A stretch of DNA of 64,000 bases from an uncultured Chloroflexia bacterium (GTDB lineage: Bacteria; Chloroflexota; Limnocylindria; Limnocylindrales; CSP1-4). Position 1 is the first letter of the stretch. Every line of letters starts with the position of its first letter. The stretch lies in the NCBI GenBank assembly GCA_963840375.1, contig CAWIYR010000003.1, positions 327,856 through 391,855 of the forward strand. Direction: 5' to 3'. The notes beneath the pieces are model-generated. The model was not told the DNA's origin. It was given only the letters and a program-made list of their open reading frames with translations, and made no database searches. Shown here in pieces: positions 9,535-20,210 of the stretch. Made by a program: the position numbers and the translations under genes.

Positions 9535-9903
9535 TCAGCGGCCGGCGCGCGCCGCGGTCTCCGCGAGCCGGACCATGACGATCCTGGTCACCAGGTCGAG
9601 CGGGATGGGACGGTCCACCGGGAAGCGGATCGTCCCCTTCCCCGACAGCCAGGGCGTCAGCTCCTCGCCGAGCGCCTCGACGACCGCCCCGCTCGCCGGG
9701 AACAGGCTGGAGTGGCTCTTGAACGCAGCGTAGGACACGAGGAACCGGTCACCGTGGCTCCGGAACGCCGGCATCTGGTAGGCGATCGTCTCGGTCGCCT
9801 CGGGCGCGGCGGCCCGGATCGTCGCCCGCAGCTCCTCGAGGACGACGCGGCGGTCGTCCGGCAGGGCGGCCAGATACTCCTCGACCGTGGTCGGGCCGGC
9901 CAT
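9535..9903 (-). CDS. DUF1801/YdhG-like protein
   Basis: TVEEYLAAL..IRAAAPEATETIAYQMPAF..KGTIRFP. Confidence 0.85.
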   Translation of the reverse strand: MAGPTTVEEYLAALPDDRRVVLEELRATIRAAAPEATETIAYQMPAFRSHGDRFLVSYAAFKSHSSLFPASGAVVEALGEELTPWLSGKGTIRFPVDRPIPLDLVTRIVMVRLAETAARAGR

Positions 9904-9908
9904 CGGCG

Positions 9909-10658
9909 CTACATCATCACCAGGCCGCCGTCGACCGCCAGGACCTGGCCGGTGATGTAGCCGGCCTCGTCCGAGGCGAGGAACGCGACGGCATCGGCGA
10001 CCTCCGCGGTCGTCCCGAAACGGCCCAGTGGGGTGGCCGTCTTGATCTGCTCCTGGAGCGGCTCGGGGAGATCCTGGGTGAGCTCGGTCAGGACGAACCC
10101 TGGGGCGACGGCGTTGGCCGTGATCCCCCGGCTGGCCAGCTCGCGGGCGGTCGCCTTCGTCAGCCCGATGAGCCCGGCCTTGGCCGAGCTGTAGTTCGCC
10201 TGGCCGGTCTGGCCCGCCTGACCCGACACGCTGGTGATGTTGACGATCCGGCCGGCCTTCGCCTTGAGCATCGGCCGGCTGACCGCCTTGGTCATGTAGA
10301 ACGCCCCGAAGAGGTTCGTCTCCAGGACGTCGCGCCAGGCTTCGAGGCTCATCCGCATGATCAGGTCGTCGCGGGTGATCCCGGCGTTGTTCACGAGGAT
10401 GTCGACCTTGCCGAAGGCCTCGAGGGTCTGCTTCACGATGGCCTCGGCCGCATCCGGGTCCTTGACGTCCCCCTGGATCGCCAGGCAGCGCCGGCCGAGC
10501 GTCTCGACCTCGGATCGCGTCGCGGCGGCGGCGGCGGCGTTACCTCGATAGCTGAAGGCCACGTCGGCGCCCTGCGTGGCCAGACGCAGCACGATCGCCC
10601 GCCCGATCCCGCGGGCGCCGCCGGTCACCAGCGCGGCCTTGCCGCTCAGATCGATCAT
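9909..10658 (-). CDS. fabG: 3-oxoacyl-ACP reductase
   Basis: TGGARGIG, NNAGITRD, YSSAK, VAPGF, DGG; fab context. Confidence 0.93.
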   Translation of the reverse strand: MIDLSGKAALVTGGARGIGRAIVLRLATQGADVAFSYRGNAAAAAATRSEVETLGRRCLAIQGDVKDPDAAEAIVKQTLEAFGKVDILVNNAGITRDDLIMRMSLEAWRDVLETNLFGAFYMTKAVSRPMLKAKAGRIVNITSVSGQAGQTGQANYSSAKAGLIGLTKATARELASRGITANAVAPGFVLTELTQDLPEPLQEQIKTATPLGRFGTTAEVADAVAFLASDEAGYITGQVLAVDGGLVMM

Positions 10659-11863
10659 GCGTGGACCTCCGAGTGCTGGGGGGCGTGGTCGGGCTCGCCC
10701 GGGACGACATCCTCGAGGTCGAGCTCGACGCCGGGGACGACCGGTCGGGCCAGGACCTCCAGGAGCGCGGCGGGGATCGGGTCGACCGAGTCCCAGTCGA
10801 CGGGCAGGCGGATCGCCACGTCCTCCGGCCGGATGGCCTCGGATCGCGCGCCGAGGGCCGGGTCCGCGGTCCACTCGATGGCGACCGCCCCTGACGTGAA
10901 GCCGGCCCCGAAGGCGACGATCACGATCCGGTCGCCGACCTTCACCCGACCCGAGTCGACCGCCTCGGCGAGGGCCATCGGGATCGAGGCGGCCGAGGTG
11001 TTCCCGTACTTGTCGAGGTTCACGAACATCCGGTCCATCGGCAGGCCGAGGCCGTCCGCCACCGCCTTGATGATCCGGATGTTCGCCTGGTGGGGGATGA
11101 ACAGGTCGATGTCCGAGGGTTCGAGGCCGGCCTTGCGCACCGCGGCGAGAGCCGTGCTGGCGAGCGTCCTGGTCGCGAACCGGTAGGTCTCGCGGCCCTC
11201 CATCCGGATGTAGTGCTCGCCGCGCTCGACGGTCGCCGCGGAGGGCGGGCTCTTCGCGCCACCGGCGGGAAGCCAGATCATGTAGGCGCCCTGGGGCTCG
11301 GTCGTCAGCTCGATCCCGAGCCCGCCGCCCGACTCCTCGGCGGCCGACAGGACGACCGCCCCGGCCCCGTCGCCGAAGAGGATGCAGGTGTTCCGGTCGG
11401 AGTAGTCGAGGAACCGGGTGAGCAGCTCGGCGCCGATGACGAGGACGTTCCGGGCCATCCCGCTCGCGATGTAGGCCTGGCCTGCCGACCAGGCGTAGAC
11501 AAAGCCGGAGCAGGCGGCGGCCACGTCCATCGCGAACGCCCGGGTGTTGCCGATGGCCTCCTTGACGAGGGCGGCCGTCGACGGCATCCAGTAGTCCGGG
11601 GTGAGGGTGGCGAGCAGGATGACGTCGATGTCGTCGGCTGAGATCCCGGCCACGGCGATCGCCCGCAGGGCGGCGACCGCCGCCATCGAGGCCGTCGTCT
11701 CGTGAGCGGCTGCGACCCGTCGCTCGCGGATGCCCGTCCGGCTGACGATCCACTCGTCGCTCGTGTCGACCATCCGCTCCAGGTCGGCGTTGGTCAGGAC
11801 CCCAGAGGGGGCGTACCGCCCCCAGCCGGTCACGTGGGCGTAGCGCCCGGGCTCGGTGCTCAC
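10655..11863 (-). CDS. fabH: Beta-ketoacyl-ACP synthase III with C-terminal extension
   Basis: DTSDEWIVSRTGI, AACSGF, FGDGAGA, PHQANIRI, GNTSAAS, FGAG. Confidence 0.93.
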   Translation of the reverse strand: MSTEPGRYAHVTGWGRYAPSGVLTNADLERMVDTSDEWIVSRTGIRERRVAAAHETTASMAAVAALRAIAVAGISADDIDVILLATLTPDYWMPSTAALVKEAIGNTRAFAMDVAAACSGFVYAWSAGQAYIASGMARNVLVIGAELLTRFLDYSDRNTCILFGDGAGAVVLSAAEESGGGLGIELTTEPQGAYMIWLPAGGAKSPPSAATVERGEHYIRMEGRETYRFATRTLASTALAAVRKAGLEPSDIDLFIPHQANIRIIKAVADGLGLPMDRMFVNLDKYGNTSAASIPMALAEAVDSGRVKVGDRIVIVAFGAGFTSGAVAIEWTADPALGARSEAIRPEDVAIRLPVDWDSVDPIPAALLEVLARPVVPGVELDLEDVVPGEPDHAPQHSEVHA

Positions 11864-12387
11864 AGCGGTTCCACCTCGATGAGCGGCTGCTTCGCCTTCA
11901 CGAGCTGGCCGCTCTCCGCCACGACCCTGACGACGCGGCCGGCCAGATCGCTCTTGATCTCGTTGAACAGCTTCATCGCCTCGATCAGACCGATGACCTG
12001 GCCGACGGCGACCTCGCCTCCGACCTGGACGTAGGCGGCCGCACCCGGCCCCGGCGCGGTGTAGAAGATGCCCGTGAGCGGCGCCTTGACCGACGGGCGG
12101 CTCGGTGCGGCGCCACCGTCGGCGGCCCGCGCTGCCCCGGCAGCTGGCTCGGCCGGAGCCGCCGCGACGACCGTCGCGCCGGCGAGGGGTGCGATCGCCG
12201 ACGGCTTGCGCAGGACGAGCCCGGTGCCGCCGGCCGCCACCTCGAGCTCGGCCAGGTCGCTCCGCTCGATGAGCCCGGTGAGCCGGTCGAGGAGCGCCAG
12301 CAGCGAGGCGTCGGCCGACAGGTCGCCGGCGACGCCTCCGCCGGTCGGCGTGCCGGTCCCGGTCCGGACCTCGGCGTCGTCGGTCAT
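11860..12387 (-). CDS. accB: Acetyl-CoA carboxylase biotin carboxyl carrier protein (biotinylatable)
   Basis: APLTGIFY..PGP, EAMKLFNEI biotinylation motif. Confidence 0.92.
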   Translation of the reverse strand: MTDDAEVRTGTGTPTGGGVAGDLSADASLLALLDRLTGLIERSDLAELEVAAGGTGLVLRKPSAIAPLAGATVVAAAPAEPAAGAARAADGGAAPSRPSVKAPLTGIFYTAPGPGAAAYVQVGGEVAVGQVIGLIEAMKLFNEIKSDLAGRVVRVVAESGQLVKAKQPLIEVEPL

Positions 12388-13661
12388 CGCTCGTACCGGG
12401 CGAAGAGGAGCGCGGCATTCTGACCGCCGAAGCCGAACGCGTTCGTCAGTGCGGCCCGCACCTCGCGGCGGGTCGCGTGGCCGGCACTCAGGTCGAGCCC
12501 CGCCGCGGCCTCGTCCGGGTCGTCGAGGTTGATCGTGGGCGGGACGAGACCCGTCCGGATCGCCTGGATCGTCGAGACCGCGGCGATCGCGCCGGCCGCC
12601 CCGAGGGTATGGCCGATCATCGACTTGTTCGCCGAGATCGTGACCTTCGGAGCGTGGTCGCCGAAGATCGTCCGGACGGCCGCGAGCTCGGCCTTGTCGC
12701 CCTCCGGGGTCGAGGTCGCGTGGGCGTTCACGTGGTCGATCGCCTCCGGCGGCAGGCCGGCCTTGGCCAGGGCCCGGCGGGCCGCGCGCACGGCGCCGAT
12801 CCCGCCCGGCGCCGGCAGGGTGATGTGCGAGGCGTCCGCGGTGGCCCCGTAGCCGACGAGCTCGGCGAGCGGCGTGGCCCCCCGCGCGACGGCGTGGTCG
12901 AGTGCCTCGAGGACGAGCGCGGCGCCACCCTCGCCGATGACGAAGCCGTCGCGGCCGCGATCGAATGGCCGGGAGGCCGCGGGCGGGTCGTCGTTGCGGG
13001 TCGAGAGCGCCTTCATCGAGCTGAAGCCGCCGAGCGAGGCCTCGTGGATCGCGGCCTCGACGCCCCCGGCGATCATCACGTCGGCGTCACCCCGGCGGAT
13101 GGTCTCCCACGCCTCGCCGATGGCGTGACCGCCGGTGGCGCAGGCCGACACCGTCGCCATGTTCGGACCGGTCGGCCCGAACTGGATGGCCACCTGGCCG
13201 GCGCAGACGTTGAGGATCGACATCGGGATGAAGAACGGGCTGATCCGGTCCGGCCCCCGCTCACCCATCAGCAGGATGTTCGAGAACATCGTGTTCGTCC
13301 CGCCGAGGCCCGAGCCGATGAACACCCCGGTCCGCTCGGCGAGCTCGCCGTCGAGGTGGTCGGGCAGGCCGGCCTGGTCAAGCGCCTCGCGAGCGACGAC
13401 GAGCCCGAACTGGATGTAGCGGTCCGTCCGCCGCAGGTCCTTCCGGTCGAGGATGTGGCTGGCGTCGAAGCCCGGAACCTCACCGGCGATCCGGGAATCG
13501 ACCCGCGACGGATCGAAGGCCTCGATCGTCCGGATCCCCGAACGGCCGGCGGTCAGCCCGGCCCAGGTCGAGGCGACGTCGGTGCCGAGGGCGGTCACCG
13601 CGCCCATCCCGGTCACGACGACCCTCCGCGGCGTTGCCGGCCAGCTCCAGGCGTCGGTCAT
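12384..13661 (-). CDS. fabF: Beta-ketoacyl-ACP synthase II
   Basis: RRVVVTGMG, SACATG, HATST, KSMIGHTLGAAG, NAFGFGGQN. Confidence 0.94.
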   Translation of the reverse strand: MTDAWSWPATPRRVVVTGMGAVTALGTDVASTWAGLTAGRSGIRTIEAFDPSRVDSRIAGEVPGFDASHILDRKDLRRTDRYIQFGLVVAREALDQAGLPDHLDGELAERTGVFIGSGLGGTNTMFSNILLMGERGPDRISPFFIPMSILNVCAGQVAIQFGPTGPNMATVSACATGGHAIGEAWETIRRGDADVMIAGGVEAAIHEASLGGFSSMKALSTRNDDPPAASRPFDRGRDGFVIGEGGAALVLEALDHAVARGATPLAELVGYGATADASHITLPAPGGIGAVRAARRALAKAGLPPEAIDHVNAHATSTPEGDKAELAAVRTIFGDHAPKVTISANKSMIGHTLGAAGAIAAVSTIQAIRTGLVPPTINLDDPDEAAAGLDLSAGHATRREVRAALTNAFGFGGQNAALLFARYER

Positions 13662-14401
13662 CGAACGAGCTTCCCGGTCCGGACCGTCGCGGCCCGGTAG
13701 ACGTCGCCGGGCAGGCCCCGGGCGGAGATCGCGTTCGAGACGACCATCGCGTCGAACGAGGCCCGATGGATCTCGGCCCGGACCTCGTCGCCCTCGATCT
13801 CGATGAGCGCCCAGGAGGCGGTGGGGTCGCCGTCGAAGACGTACCCAGCGCTGCCCGAGTTGACGATGACCCGCCAGCCGAGGTCGCGCACCTCGGGCAG
13901 ATGGGTGTGCCCGCAGGCGATGATCCGGGCGTCGGTCCCCGAGGCCCGCTCGAGCGACACGTTCGCGTCGAGGGCCGGGTCGAACCCCTCGGTCTGCGAG
14001 CCGGGCGAGGCGTGGCAGACGAGGGTGAGCGTGTCGTCGAGCTGGATCCGGCGTTCCGCCGGGAGCCGCCGGAGCCAGTCGACCCGCTCCGGACCGATCG
14101 CCTCGTGGGCCCACTCGGCGGCCGCCCGGATCGAATCGGGGACGCCGTCGACCATCCAGGGGAACGCGGCGCCGTAGTCGAAGTCGGCGACCGCGATGTC
14201 GGTGTTGCCCTGGATGACGAGCGCGCCGTCCGCCTCCAGTTCGCGGGTCGCGTCGATGGCCGCAGCCGGCTCTGGGCCGTTGAGGACGTGGTCCCCGGCG
14301 ATCATCACCGCGTCGGGGCGGGCGGCCTTGAGCGCGAGCCGCACCGCCTCGAGCGCGAGGGCGTTGCCGTGGACGTCCCCGAACAGGGCGATCCGGGCCA
14401 T
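13658..14401 (-). CDS. Calcineurin-like metallophosphoesterase (YfcE-like)
   Basis: DVHGN, GD, GNTD, HASP, GHTH, NSGSAG motifs. Confidence 0.88.
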   Translation of the reverse strand: MARIALFGDVHGNALALEAVRLALKAARPDAVMIAGDHVLNGPEPAAAIDATRELEADGALVIQGNTDIAVADFDYGAAFPWMVDGVPDSIRAAAEWAHEAIGPERVDWLRRLPAERRIQLDDTLTLVCHASPGSQTEGFDPALDANVSLERASGTDARIIACGHTHLPEVRDLGWRVIVNSGSAGYVFDGDPTASWALIEIEGDEVRAEIHRASFDAMVVSNAISARGLPGDVYRAATVRTGKLVR

Positions 14402-14904
14402 CAGCGGAGCACCGACGCGTCCGGGATGATGAAGGTGAGGGTCGCCTCGCAGGCGACCTCGCCATCGACCGAGGCGACGCCCCGACCGCGCCCGAAGCGC
14501 CGGCCGAGCTTCTCCATCGTGACCTCGAGCCGGAGCGTGTCGCCGGGCGCGACCACCCGCTTGAAGCGGCACTCGTCGATCCCGCCGAAGAGGCCGATCC
14601 GGTCGCCGAAGCCGGGCTGCTTCGCGACGTAGACCGCCATCGTCTGGGCGAGCGCCTCCACCTGGATGACGCCGGGCATCACCGGGAGCCCCGGGAAATG
14701 GCCCTGGAAGAACCACTCGGTCGCCGTCACGCCCTTGATCCCGACGATCCGGCTCGCCGCCGGGTCGTACTCGACGATCCGGTCCACGAGGAGGAACGGC
14801 CAGCGATGCGGGATGAGCGCCTCGATCTCGCGGGTCGTGTGGACGACCCCGGGTCGCTCGGTCCCGGGGCCCGATGGGGCGGCGGGGACGACAGGTTCGG
14901 TCAC
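14401..14904 (-). CDS. fabZ: 3-hydroxyacyl-ACP dehydratase
   Basis: IPHRWPFLLVDRI, FQGHFPG.PVMPGV..EALAQ. Confidence 0.93.
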   Translation of the reverse strand: MTEPVVPAAPSGPGTERPGVVHTTREIEALIPHRWPFLLVDRIVEYDPAASRIVGIKGVTATEWFFQGHFPGLPVMPGVIQVEALAQTMAVYVAKQPGFGDRIGLFGGIDECRFKRVVAPGDTLRLEVTMEKLGRRFGRGRGVASVDGEVACEATLTFIIPDASVLR

Positions 14905-15028
14905 GGGCGACTCCAGCTGGGGGATCGGGGGTGGCGCCAAGTCTGACGGCTCGGCGGCCGGTCGTGCGAACGCTCGATGCAGGTCTGCATGGAGCCACGG
15001 TCGATGGCGAGGGGCGTCGGCGGGCGGC

Positions 15029-16399
15029 TCACCGGCGCTCGGCGGCCGCGAGGAACGCCGCACTGCCGACCCGGTCGAGGAGGTTCGTCGTCATCCGTCC
15101 CTCGAGGAAGAGCTCGTTGGCGAGGAGCGCCCGGTGGATCGGCACGTTCGTGACCAGGCCCTCGATGATGAGCTCGTCGAGGGCGGCCGCCGCCCGGCCG
15201 ATCGCGGCGTCGCGATCGCGACCCCAGACCACGAGCTTGCCGAGGAGCGAGTCGTAGAACGGGGGGACCTCGTAGCCGGCGAAGAGATGCGAGTCCATCC
15301 GGACGCCGGGCCCGCCTGGCGCCTGGTAGCGCTCGACGATCCCGGCACTGGGCCGGAAGTCGTGGTCGACGTCCTCGGCGTTGATCCGCAGCTCGATGGC
15401 GTGGCCGCGGATGTCGATGTCGGCCTGGGTCAGCCCGAGCGGTTCGCCGGCGGCGATCCGGATCTGGGTCGCGACGAGGTCGATCCCGGTCAGCATCTCG
15501 GTGACCGGGTGCTCCACCTGGATCCGGCAGTTGATCTCGATGAAGAACGCGTCGCCGTTGCCGTCGACGAGGAACTCGAGGGTTCCCAGGTTCTCGTAGC
15601 CGGCCGCGATCACGGCCCGGATCGCCCGGTCCGCCAGGCTCGCCCGGGCTGCCGGCGAGAGCGCCGGGGTGGGCGCTTCCTCGAGGATCTTCTGGTGCCG
15701 CCGCTGGACCGAGCAGTCCCGCTCGCCCATGTGGACGCCGCTGCCGAAGCGGTCCACCGCGACCTGGATCTCGACGTGACGAGTCTCCTCGAGCCATTTC
15801 TCCAGGTACAGCGAGTCGTCGCCGAAGGCCGCCTTCGCCTCGGATCGGCAGATCTTCAGGGCGCCCTCGAGCTCGCGGGCGGAGCGGACCATCCGCATCC
15901 CCTTGCCGCCGCCGCCGGCGCTCGGCTTGATGAGCACCGGGTAGCCGATCCGCTCGGCCTCCTCCAGCCCGTGGAGGTCGTCCCGGAGCATGCCGTTCGA
16001 GCCGGGGATCGTCGGCAGGCCGAAGCCGCCGAGCAGCCGCCGGGTCCCCTCCTTGCTGGCGAACCGCTCGAGGACCTGCGGTGGCGGACCGATGAACGTG
16101 AGGTCGTGGGCCCGGACGACCTCGGCGAAGTCGGCATCCTCGGACAGGAATCCGTAGCCCGGGTGGACGGCGTCGCAACCGGTCACGATGGCGGCGCTGA
16201 TGAGCGCCGGGGCCGACAGGTAGCTCCGCTTGGCGTCGGCCGGCCCGATGCAGATCGCCTCGTCGGCGAGGCGGACGGCGAGGCTGTCGACGTCGGCCTC
16301 GCTGTAGGCGACGACCGCCTCGACGCCGAGCGCCCGGCAGGCGCGCAGGATGCGCAGGGCGATCTCGCCGCGGTTGGCGATGAGGATCTTCTGGAACAT
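15029..16399 (-). CDS. accC: Acetyl-CoA carboxylase biotin carboxylase
   Basis: KILIANRGEIA, HPGYGFLSE, GGGGKGMR, RIQVEHPVTE, YDSLLGKL. Confidence 0.95.
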   Translation of the reverse strand: MFQKILIANRGEIALRILRACRALGVEAVVAYSEADVDSLAVRLADEAICIGPADAKRSYLSAPALISAAIVTGCDAVHPGYGFLSEDADFAEVVRAHDLTFIGPPPQVLERFASKEGTRRLLGGFGLPTIPGSNGMLRDDLHGLEEAERIGYPVLIKPSAGGGGKGMRMVRSARELEGALKICRSEAKAAFGDDSLYLEKWLEETRHVEIQVAVDRFGSGVHMGERDCSVQRRHQKILEEAPTPALSPAARASLADRAIRAVIAAGYENLGTLEFLVDGNGDAFFIEINCRIQVEHPVTEMLTGIDLVATQIRIAAGEPLGLTQADIDIRGHAIELRINAEDVDHDFRPSAGIVERYQAPGGPGVRMDSHLFAGYEVPPFYDSLLGKLVVWGRDRDAAIGRAAAALDELIIEGLVTNVPIHRALLANELFLEGRMTTNLLDRVGSAAFLAAAERR

Positions 16400-16416
16400 C
16401 AGGCCGCCTTCATCGC

Positions 16417-17069
16417 TCAGCTCTCGTCCGATGCGCCGTCGAGCGGCGCCGGCGTCGTCGACAGGAGCTCCACCCAGACCAGCTCCTGCCCGTACTCGAC
16501 GGCCTCACCCGGCTCCACCAGGCTCGCGCCGACGATGCCGTCGGCGGGGGCCAGCACCTCGGTCGGCACGCCGAGCACGTCGATCGAGCCGATGGGGTCG
16601 CCGGCCCGGACCCGGGAGCCGGCCACGGTCCCGGACCGCGGCTGAAAGAAGCCCACCGCCGGCGAGGTGGCCACCGACCGGTACGGGTCGCGACCTCGGG
16701 CCGGGCGCTCGGTGACGGCGGTGCCGGCCGGGGTCGGGTCGGACGCCTGGTGATCGTCGCTCGGGCCGGGTCCCACCGGGGTCAGCTCGGATCTCGACGG
16801 TGCCTCGGGGACGCCCGGTGAGCGCGGGCCGCCCCGTCCAGCGCGTCCCTCGACGCGACGACCGCCGACCGGCCCCGACCCCTCCGGTCGACGAAGGCGG
16901 ATCCGCCAGTCACCCTCGCGGACCTCGATCTCGCCGAGGCCGCTCGCGCCGAGCTTGGCGATGAGGGCGGGGATCAGCTCGTCGGCCAGGGCGTCGATGG
17001 CCCGGTGGTCGGCGAGCCGGTCGCCGGGCTCACGGGCCCGGTCGCCCGTCGCGTCGCCGCCTCGTCCGC

Positions 17070-17073
<4 letters not shown>
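16417..17073 (-). CDS. BCCP paralog lacking the biotin-acceptor lysine (BADC-like)
   Basis: BCCP N-terminal motif (SGLGEIEVREGDWRIRLRR) and lipoyl-type domain SPAVGFF..VRAGD..IDVLGV..VEYGQEL; no Lys in that domain. Confidence 0.8.
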
Positions 17074-18057
<984 letters not shown>

Positions 18058-18065
<8 letters not shown>

Positions 18066-19056
18066 GGGTCCGGCCCTCGGCAAGGTCGGCCGGCTGACCG
18101 GAGCCGTTCGAACCCGGCGCACCCGTGTCGCCCTCGGGGATGACCTTATCGGCCAGGGCGCTCAGGAACGAGAGTGGCCGGAACCCGGGCAGCGACCCGC
18201 CGTCGGCGGCCACGGCCTCCTCGACCCCGGCCGGCTGCAGGTAGCCCACGAGCGCCGCGACCTCGGTCCGCAGGTCGCTCCGGTGGACGACCCGGTCGAC
18301 GAAGCCGTGACGGAAGAGGAACTCGGCCCGCTGGAACCCGTCGGGCAGCTCGCCGCCGATCGTACCGGCGTTGACTCGGGCCCCGGCGAACCCGATGAGC
18401 GCGTTCGGCTCGGCCAGGTTGACGTCCCCGAGGGCAGCGAAGGAGGCGAAGACGCCACCGGTGGTCGGGTCGCTCATGATCGAGATGAACGGGATCCCGG
18501 CGGTGCGCAGGCGCTCGGTGGCCGCGACCGTCTTCGCGAGCTGCATGAGCGCGAGCGTGCCCTCCTGCATCCGGGCGCCGCCGGAGGCCGAGACGACGAC
18601 GAGCGGGAGCCTGGCCTCGAGGGCCGCCTCGGCCGCCCGGGTGACCTTCTCGCCGACGACCGCGCCCATCGAGCCGCCCATGAACCCGAAATCCATCACG
18701 CAGATCGCGACCCGGTGGCCGCCGATCGAGCCGAAGCCCCAGACGGCGGCGTCGCGCATCCCAGTGGCGACCTGGGCCGCGGCGACCCGGTCGGGATAGG
18801 CCTTCTGGTCGACGAAACCGAGCGGGTCGACCGACTGGAGCCCCGCGTCCTGCTCGTGGAAGGTGCCCTCGTCCATCAGCTGCCCCAGCCGGGCCGAGGC
18901 CGAGAGCCGGAAGTGGTGCCCGCAGGTCGGGCAGACCCGCATCGTCTTGTCGAGCTGTCGGTTGAACAGCTGCTCGCCGCACGACGGGCACTTCGTCCAG
19001 AGGTCGGCGGGGAAGGCGTCCTTGCGAGGCCGGAACGAGGGCAGCTTGATCGGCAT
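18058..19056 (-). CDS. accD: Acetyl-CoA carboxylase carboxyltransferase beta
   Basis: Zn ribbon CPSC..CPTC, FMGGSMG, SGGARMQEG, PTTGGV. Confidence 0.94.
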
Positions 19057-19592
19057 CAGGCCAGCCTCACGCGGTCGACGCGGTCATGGGCCCCGCGGAT
19101 CGCCCGGGCCGCCGGATGGGCTCCGGGCCGGCTGAGACGCCAGGCCACGATGGCGGCGCCGGCGATCGAGATCGCAGCCGAGGCGATCGTCCCGCCGATG
19201 ATGAGCGGCCGGCGGTCCTGGCTGGCCGTCGCCTCGGGTCGCGCGGGGTCGAGGAGGTCGAGCGGGTCGACCCGAGCGAGCGTGCGGGACGGGCGGCCCT
19301 CGGTGCCGGGCGGCGGGACGGCCCCGGCGGTCTCCCCGGCGACCCTGGCGAGCGACATCCGGGCAGCGACGTCGGCGAGCCGGCCGGCGAGCCGCTCCTC
19401 GAAGCGGAACGACGGATGGACCCGGGTCAGGTCGACGGCCAGGCGAAGGGCCGCGGCGCGGACGAGGGGATCGAGCTCGGCGGCGCTCGGCGTGTCGACC
19501 GCGCCGCGGTCCCCGGCCGACAGGAGCGCCTCCAGGTAGCGATCGGTGACGAGGGCCTCGACGTCCCGCCCGTCGCGGGGGACCAGGCTCAT
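19056..19592 (-). CDS. Single-TM protein, probable anti-sigma factor
   Basis: Coupled to the ECF sigma gene (ATGA overlap); HPSFRFEERL motif, one C-terminal TM. Confidence 0.6.
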   Translation of the reverse strand: MSLVPRDGRDVEALVTDRYLEALLSAGDRGAVDTPSAAELDPLVRAAALRLAVDLTRVHPSFRFEERLAGRLADVAARMSLARVAGETAGAVPPPGTEGRPSRTLARVDPLDLLDPARPEATASQDRRPLIIGGTIASAAISIAGAAIVAWRLSRPGAHPAARAIRGAHDRVDRVRLA

Positions 19593-20206
19593 GCCCGGTC
19601 GCCCAGGTCGCGGGCGACGGCCCGCAGGCCGCGATGGATGAGGACACGAACGGCGCCCTCGGAGCGACCGAGGACTCCGGCGATCTCGGCCGTCGACATC
19701 TCCTCGACGAAGCGCAGGACGAGCGCGCGCCGCCGGTCGTCGGGCAGACGGCCGACCGCGGCCCACGCCTCGACGGCCTCGTCGCGGCGGCTCATGCCCG
19801 CCTCCAGGTCGAGCGGAGCGGGGACGGTCGTCGCGGCGTCGAGCCCGGTCTCGGGGTGACGGCGGCGGGTCCGCCGGGCGTTGGCGACGACGTTCCGGGC
19901 GACCTGGAAGAGCCAGACGCGGAAGGTCGAGGCACCCTCACCGTCGGCCGGCCGGGCGCGCTCCTCGAACCGCGGCAGGGCGCCGAGGGCGAGCAGGAAC
20001 GTCCGCTCGGTGGCGTCCTCGGCGTCGTGGTGGTGGCCGAGCTCGTAGTACGCGTAGCTGTACACCTGGGCGAGGTACTTCCGATAGAGGGCGTCGAACC
20101 GGGCGGGGTCGCGCAGGGCGGCCTCGACGAGCGGTCGGTCGCGGTCGAGATGGACGATGCGGCGGTCCTCCCCCGCCGTCACCTTCCTGAACACCGCTCG
20201 GGCCAT
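19589..20206 (-). CDS. ECF RNA polymerase sigma factor
   Basis: FDALYRKY..DAEDATERTF..FRVWLFQVARN (region 2); LRFVEEMSTAEIA..SEGAVRVLIHRG (region 4). Confidence 0.92.
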   Translation of the reverse strand: MARAVFRKVTAGEDRRIVHLDRDRPLVEAALRDPARFDALYRKYLAQVYSYAYYELGHHHDAEDATERTFLLALGALPRFEERARPADGEGASTFRVWLFQVARNVVANARRTRRRHPETGLDAATTVPAPLDLEAGMSRRDEAVEAWAAVGRLPDDRRRALVLRFVEEMSTAEIAGVLGRSEGAVRVLIHRGLRAVARDLGDRA

Positions 20207-20210
20207 CGCG

